In this document: positions 60,744 to 64,000 of the stretch, in pieces
How positions within the stretch are numbered: the stretch's first letter is position 1
How the letters are laid out: every line of letters starts with the position of its first letter
Assembly: GCA_052390055.1 (NCBI GenBank)
Contig: JBQTHH010000062.1
Location: forward strand, 310 to 64,309
Direction of reading: 5' to 3'
Origin: Rhodoferax sp.
GTDB lineage: Bacteria > Pseudomonadota > Gammaproteobacteria > Burkholderiales > Burkholderiaceae_C
Length of the DNA: 64,000 bases
Notes under the pieces: model-generated
The model's input: the letters and a program-made list of their open reading frames with translations, nothing else
Database searches by the model: none
Told to the model about the DNA's origin: nothing
Made by a program: the position numbers and the translations under genes

Positions 60744-61826
60744 CTATTCCAGGCCCAGGCCACCCTGGCCGCGTTCGCGGCGGGTGCGGGTGTGCGGTAC
60801 TTGTTGGCCTGCGGCTTCGGCCATTTCGCGGGCTTGAATCGCGGCCTGTTCCTGGGGCGATGGCTCCCAGTTAGCGCCCGACTCTTCAACCAATTGATTC
60901 GGGCGCGGAGGAGGAACTTGAACTGGCGCCTGTTCTGCCAGGTAGCCATGGACCTCCCCAGTTTCTTCATCGACAGACCCCGCCGTATACGGCGCGTCAT
61001 CCGGAACAACGGCGAAGTCACCGTCCAGCGTGTCGAGGTGTTGGTCTTTACCACCTTCCGCCATGCTGTCCAGCGCCGCCGCAGTTTGGAACTCGATCGA
61101 GAGCGGCAGGTACTTGGCCAGCCGACGAATCACGGTCTTGCGGCCCATTTCTGTGAAGTGCGCGCCCCAAGGGTGGGAGTCCTGCTTCTTGTACTTCACG
61201 GCCTGCTGGTAGCCCTGCGAGGCGTCGCGGATTTCATTGATCTGGCGAACGCTCATGAACTCGAAGCAGTGCCCGCCGTCGCGGAGCTTGGCCACCGCGT
61301 AGAAGCCGATGATCTGGCCACGCTCACCCAGCGACGGGGTGTGGATCAGCTTCTCGTCAAGGCCATAGACCAGCTCGAACTTGTCGTTCTCGCAGACCTC
61401 GTGGGCGGCGATGCTGACGATCTGGCCACTGCGGCGCGCGAGGTCGATCAGGCCTTTGTAGCCGATGATGACCTGCACCGAATTGACCCAGCGCTCGTTG
61501 CCGTTGCCGTCCTTGCGCTTCGTGTTGAATGGGACCAGGTAGGCATGGCCGAGGACGGTGTTCGGCTCGAGGCCCATCTGGGCGCATTGACCGATTGCGC
61601 CGACAAGACTGGCCACGTCGCACTTGGCCAGCGCCGGGGTGGTGGTGGCCGCGATCTGGGCGACCTTCAGCAGGCGGTCGGCGTTCAGGTGCTTCGGCAA
61701 CATCTTGGCGATCTCACCCTGCTTGGTTTTCAGCAGGTAGGCGATCTGCTCCTTGGGCTTCATGTCGGCGAGGCGGACGGCCTGCTCGGCTCCGGTGGCG
61801 ACGGCTTTCAATGCTTGGCTGCTCAT
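60744..61826 (-). CDS. recT: RecT-family single-strand annealing protein
   Basis: LPKHLNADR, SLVGAIGQCAQMGLEP...GHAYLVPF, IGYKGLIDLARRSG, MGRKTVIRRLAKYLPLSIE. Confidence 0.95.
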   Translation of the reverse strand: MSSQALKAVATGAEQAVRLADMKPKEQIAYLLKTKQGEIAKMLPKHLNADRLLKVAQIAATTTPALAKCDVASLVGAIGQCAQMGLEPNTVLGHAYLVPFNTKRKDGNGNERWVNSVQVIIGYKGLIDLARRSGQIVSIAAHEVCENDKFELVYGLDEKLIHTPSLGERGQIIGFYAVAKLRDGGHCFEFMSVRQINEIRDASQGYQQAVKYKKQDSHPWGAHFTEMGRKTVIRRLAKYLPLSIEFQTAAALDSMAEGGKDQHLDTLDGDFAVVPDDAPYTAGSVDEETGEVHGYLAEQAPVQVPPPRPNQLVEESGANWEPSPQEQAAIQAREMAEAAGQQVPHTRTRRERGQGGLGLE

Positions 61827-61852
61827 GCGGTTTCTCCTTGAGTGGGCGGTGG

Positions 61853-62788
61853 TTACTTGAGGACGAAGGGCCGGTTGCCCGGCTTCGTGGTGGTGAATCG
61901 GGCGGTGTGCTCTGCGGTCGGATGCAGGTCAAGGTAAGCGGCCTGCCAGTCGGTCGTGACGCTGTCCTTGTTGTTCTTCCAGGTGGCCAGCGGCTTGCCG
62001 CGATAGATCAGCGTTGCCGCGCTGCCCATGCGGGCCTTGATACGTGCCGCCAGCAGCTCAATCTGGCCGTCCAGGTTCTTTGCGTCAGCCTTTATGTCCT
62101 TCAGCTTCTGGCACAGCAGCACCAGGTGGTCGTCCGCCTCAATCGCCGTGCCGCGGTCGCGCTGGTACAACCACTTCACGTCGACTGGATCGGTGGGGTC
62201 CGGCGGATTGCGGTACTGAATGCGATCCCAGAATTCGATCTCCCGGGGGCGCATGCCGGCGATGGTTTCCTCGTCGCGGTCCAGGAAGTGGATGCGCAAA
62301 TCGTCGGTGCCGATCAGGGCGGCTACCACGGCGCGCCGACGCGGCTTGATCATCAGGCCGTGCATCACCTGGGCTGCGTAGTAGATGGGGATTTCGTCGG
62401 TTTCCGGCTCTCCCCACTCCTTGGCGGCGAAAGGATGAACGGTCTTCATTTCCCCATTTACTTCCTCGCCGTCGATGCGCAGCTCGAGGTCCAGCTCGCA
62501 GGCCAGGAAGGGGAGCTCGGGATCCTGATAGCGCTCGTTGCGGGCGATGATCTCTACGTCGTGCCCGCGCGCCTGCAGCTCGTCGATCAGCATTTCCACG
62601 ACGACCGGCTCCCAGCGCTTGCCGCGGGCGAGCACGCGATCGCGCGCAGGGCTGGACTCCTCGGCGTAGGCGCCAATCTTTTCCTGATAGAGCTGGAAAG
62701 GGGTCTTCCACTTCGACACACCGAGGATCGCGGCGGCGTCGCTGCCGCCGATGAACTTGGTACGGTCGGGCATGAGGGGGGCATTCAC
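61853..62788 (-). CDS. YqaJ-like (lambda exonuclease family) viral recombinase
   Basis: FIGGSDAAAILGVSKWKTP, GEMKT, YYAAQVMHGL; GTG start overlapping the upstream TGA. Confidence 0.92.
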   Translation of the reverse strand: MNAPLMPDRTKFIGGSDAAAILGVSKWKTPFQLYQEKIGAYAEESSPARDRVLARGKRWEPVVVEMLIDELQARGHDVEIIARNERYQDPELPFLACELDLELRIDGEEVNGEMKTVHPFAAKEWGEPETDEIPIYYAAQVMHGLMIKPRRRAVVAALIGTDDLRIHFLDRDEETIAGMRPREIEFWDRIQYRNPPDPTDPVDVKWLYQRDRGTAIEADDHLVLLCQKLKDIKADAKNLDGQIELLAARIKARMGSAATLIYRGKPLATWKNNKDSVTTDWQAAYLDLHPTAEHTARFTTTKPGNRPFVLK

Positions 62789-63072
62789 TGGCTTTCTCCC
62801 GGTTGATTGGTTGGTGGGGTATTGAGCGCGGGCGCCGCGGCGCAGCAGCGCGCCATCGCGTGGTAATAGGCTTCGAGTTCTGCTTCCCGCATTTGCGCGT
62901 CCTCGTAGTCGAAGTGACCAACTACAGCGAAGGCGATCAAGATGAGGGCGATCGCCAGCACGGTTTGGATGGCCTCGCGCACGGTGGGCATGCGGCTCCT
63001 GCAGGGTTGATCAGCGGGACAGGCGCGCCGCTGGTTGCAGTCGCCGTGGCAGGGCGGGCAGGTGGGTTTCAT
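62785..63072 (-). CDS. Small phage membrane protein with Cys-rich N-terminus
   Basis: MKPTCPPCHGDCNQRRAC, single TM (IQTVLAIALILIAFAVVGHF); second SD-led ATG at 62991. Confidence 0.6.
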   Translation of the reverse strand: MKPTCPPCHGDCNQRRACPADQPCRSRMPTVREAIQTVLAIALILIAFAVVGHFDYEDAQMREAELEAYYHAMARCCAAAPALNTPPTNQPGESQ

Positions 63073-63683
63073 GCCGCGCCCCCTGTCGCCTTGGCGATTG
63101 CGGCGCGCAGCTTCCAGAGCGCCACGGATTCCGGGTCGGTAGAACCTTTGATCCATCGGCCCTTCGCTAGCACCGCCTCGGCGGCGAGGGTCGCATCAAT
63201 GAGGTCGGGGGCGGCGGCGATGAGTGCCTGGTTGGCGTCACTCTCTGCCCGGGTGGCGGCGCGGTCGGCGACCGCGAATCCCCAGCCGATGTGCTCGGCT
63301 TCGATGATGGTATGGACCGCGTAGTTGGCCGAATCAGGGTTCGCCGGCCTGAGGCTATAGCCGTCCCAGACCCAGGGTCCGGGGGTATGTTGTGCGCCGC
63401 GCTCCTCTGTGCTCTGACCGGCCACGGTATCGCCGTCTGCGCAGGCACACGTTCTGGTAGGGTTGCGAGGCGACGGCTCCGTCCGGCCAAAGCGGCTGAT
63501 ATCGTTCAGCAGCATGGCGATGGTGTGCCTGAACTCGCGTTCCGAGAAACCAGCGGTCAGCTCCTGCGCCAGCGGCAGAGCTTCGTTTTCACCAACGCGG
63601 CCCTCCCAGCAGCGGCGCGATGCCTGGAGAATGGGGACGGCTTTTTCACTATTGATGGTGGGCAACATGGCTTCCTCCAACAT
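63069..63683 (-). CDS. Hypothetical phage protein (HTPGPW...ANxxLIAAAPDL...AIAKATG family)
   Basis: C-terminal motif common in phage early genes; true start uncertain and may lie well inside the ORF (e.g. GTG 63425). Confidence 0.55.
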   Translation of the reverse strand: MLEEAMLPTINSEKAVPILQASRRCWEGRVGENEALPLAQELTAGFSEREFRHTIAMLLNDISRFGRTEPSPRNPTRTCACADGDTVAGQSTEERGAQHTPGPWVWDGYSLRPANPDSANYAVHTIIEAEHIGWGFAVADRAATRAESDANQALIAAAPDLIDATLAAEAVLAKGRWIKGSTDPESVALWKLRAAIAKATGGAA

Positions 63684-64000
63684 TGAACGTTTCGACGAGA
63701 TCGCCGCGCAGACTCTGGCGCGGCTGTACGAGAGCTTCCCCGTCCCGACGGTGCTGGCCGTTGGTCAATACGGCGTTGAGATCGGTGACCACAACTGGGA
63801 CGACCCCGAGGCGATCCGTGCTGCCGAGTTCGTGATTGCATCCATCCAGTGGCTTGGAGACGCAGGGTTCATCCGCTTCTCCGACGTTCGCCACCCCATC
63901 GTGGTCCTGGATGCCGTGCTGACAGCGCGTGGCCTGGAGGCGCTCAAGGCCATGCCCGACAGCCTCACGGGCCATACCCTGGGCGAACGGCTGGTCGACG
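63667..64000 (+). CDS. Winged-helix-like hypothetical protein, 5' part only (runs off window; not in the ORF track)
   Basis: Open frame from ATG 63667 to the end: MASSNIERFDEIAAQTLARLYESFPVP...QWLGDAGFI...AVLTARGLEALKAMPDSL. Confidence 0.7.
   Translation, partial: MASSNIERFDEIAAQTLARLYESFPVPTVLAVGQYGVEIGDHNWDDPEAIRAAEFVIASIQWLGDAGFIRFSDVRHPIVVLDAVLTARGLEALKAMPDSLTGHTLGERLVD

Larger units (their letters stand above)
52713..64000. mobile_element. Prophage (left arm) integrated in guaA; continues beyond the window
   Basis: Integrase, AlpA-type Xis, RecT, YqaJ exonuclease, small phage ORFs with ATGA overlaps, visibly lower GC than host genes. Confidence 0.9.

Overview
High-GC betaproteobacterial chromosome segment, Comamonadaceae-like by gene content and order (inference). 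Bases 1-52724 are mostly core genes: DUF2339 membrane protein, a response regulator and an MCP-PilZ chemoreceptor, a RluA-family synthase, trmB, alaS, fpr, dinG, fabI, a yejABEF-like ABC transporter, rimP-nusA-infB-(signal peptidase I)-rbfA-truB-typA, an ECF sigma/anti-sigma/lipoprotein unit, smpB-ratAB and guaB-(Phd/PIN toxin-antitoxin)-guaA. Accessory pieces are a chromate-resistance cluster (chrB-chrA-ChrB-domain gene-MFS) and a tandem pair of polysaccharide deacetylase-like genes. From the guaA 3' end (GAGTGGGA core, 52713-52720) a prophage runs off the window: tyrosine integrase, convergent AlpA-type excisionase, ASCH, DUF5131, minimal GNAT, repeat protein, SMC/SbcC-like ATPase, an Rmf-like domain fusion, RecT and YqaJ. 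The most striking unexplained signal is a 49-nt dispersed AT-rich element (TGCTAT-N7-ATAGC-N15-CACGCGGGCCAATGCC) found five times with identical spacing: twice between genes and three times as translated sequence inside trmB, the ABC ATPase and an enoyl-CoA hydratase-family gene. All calls come from reading the sequence and recalled family motifs; no database searches were run.
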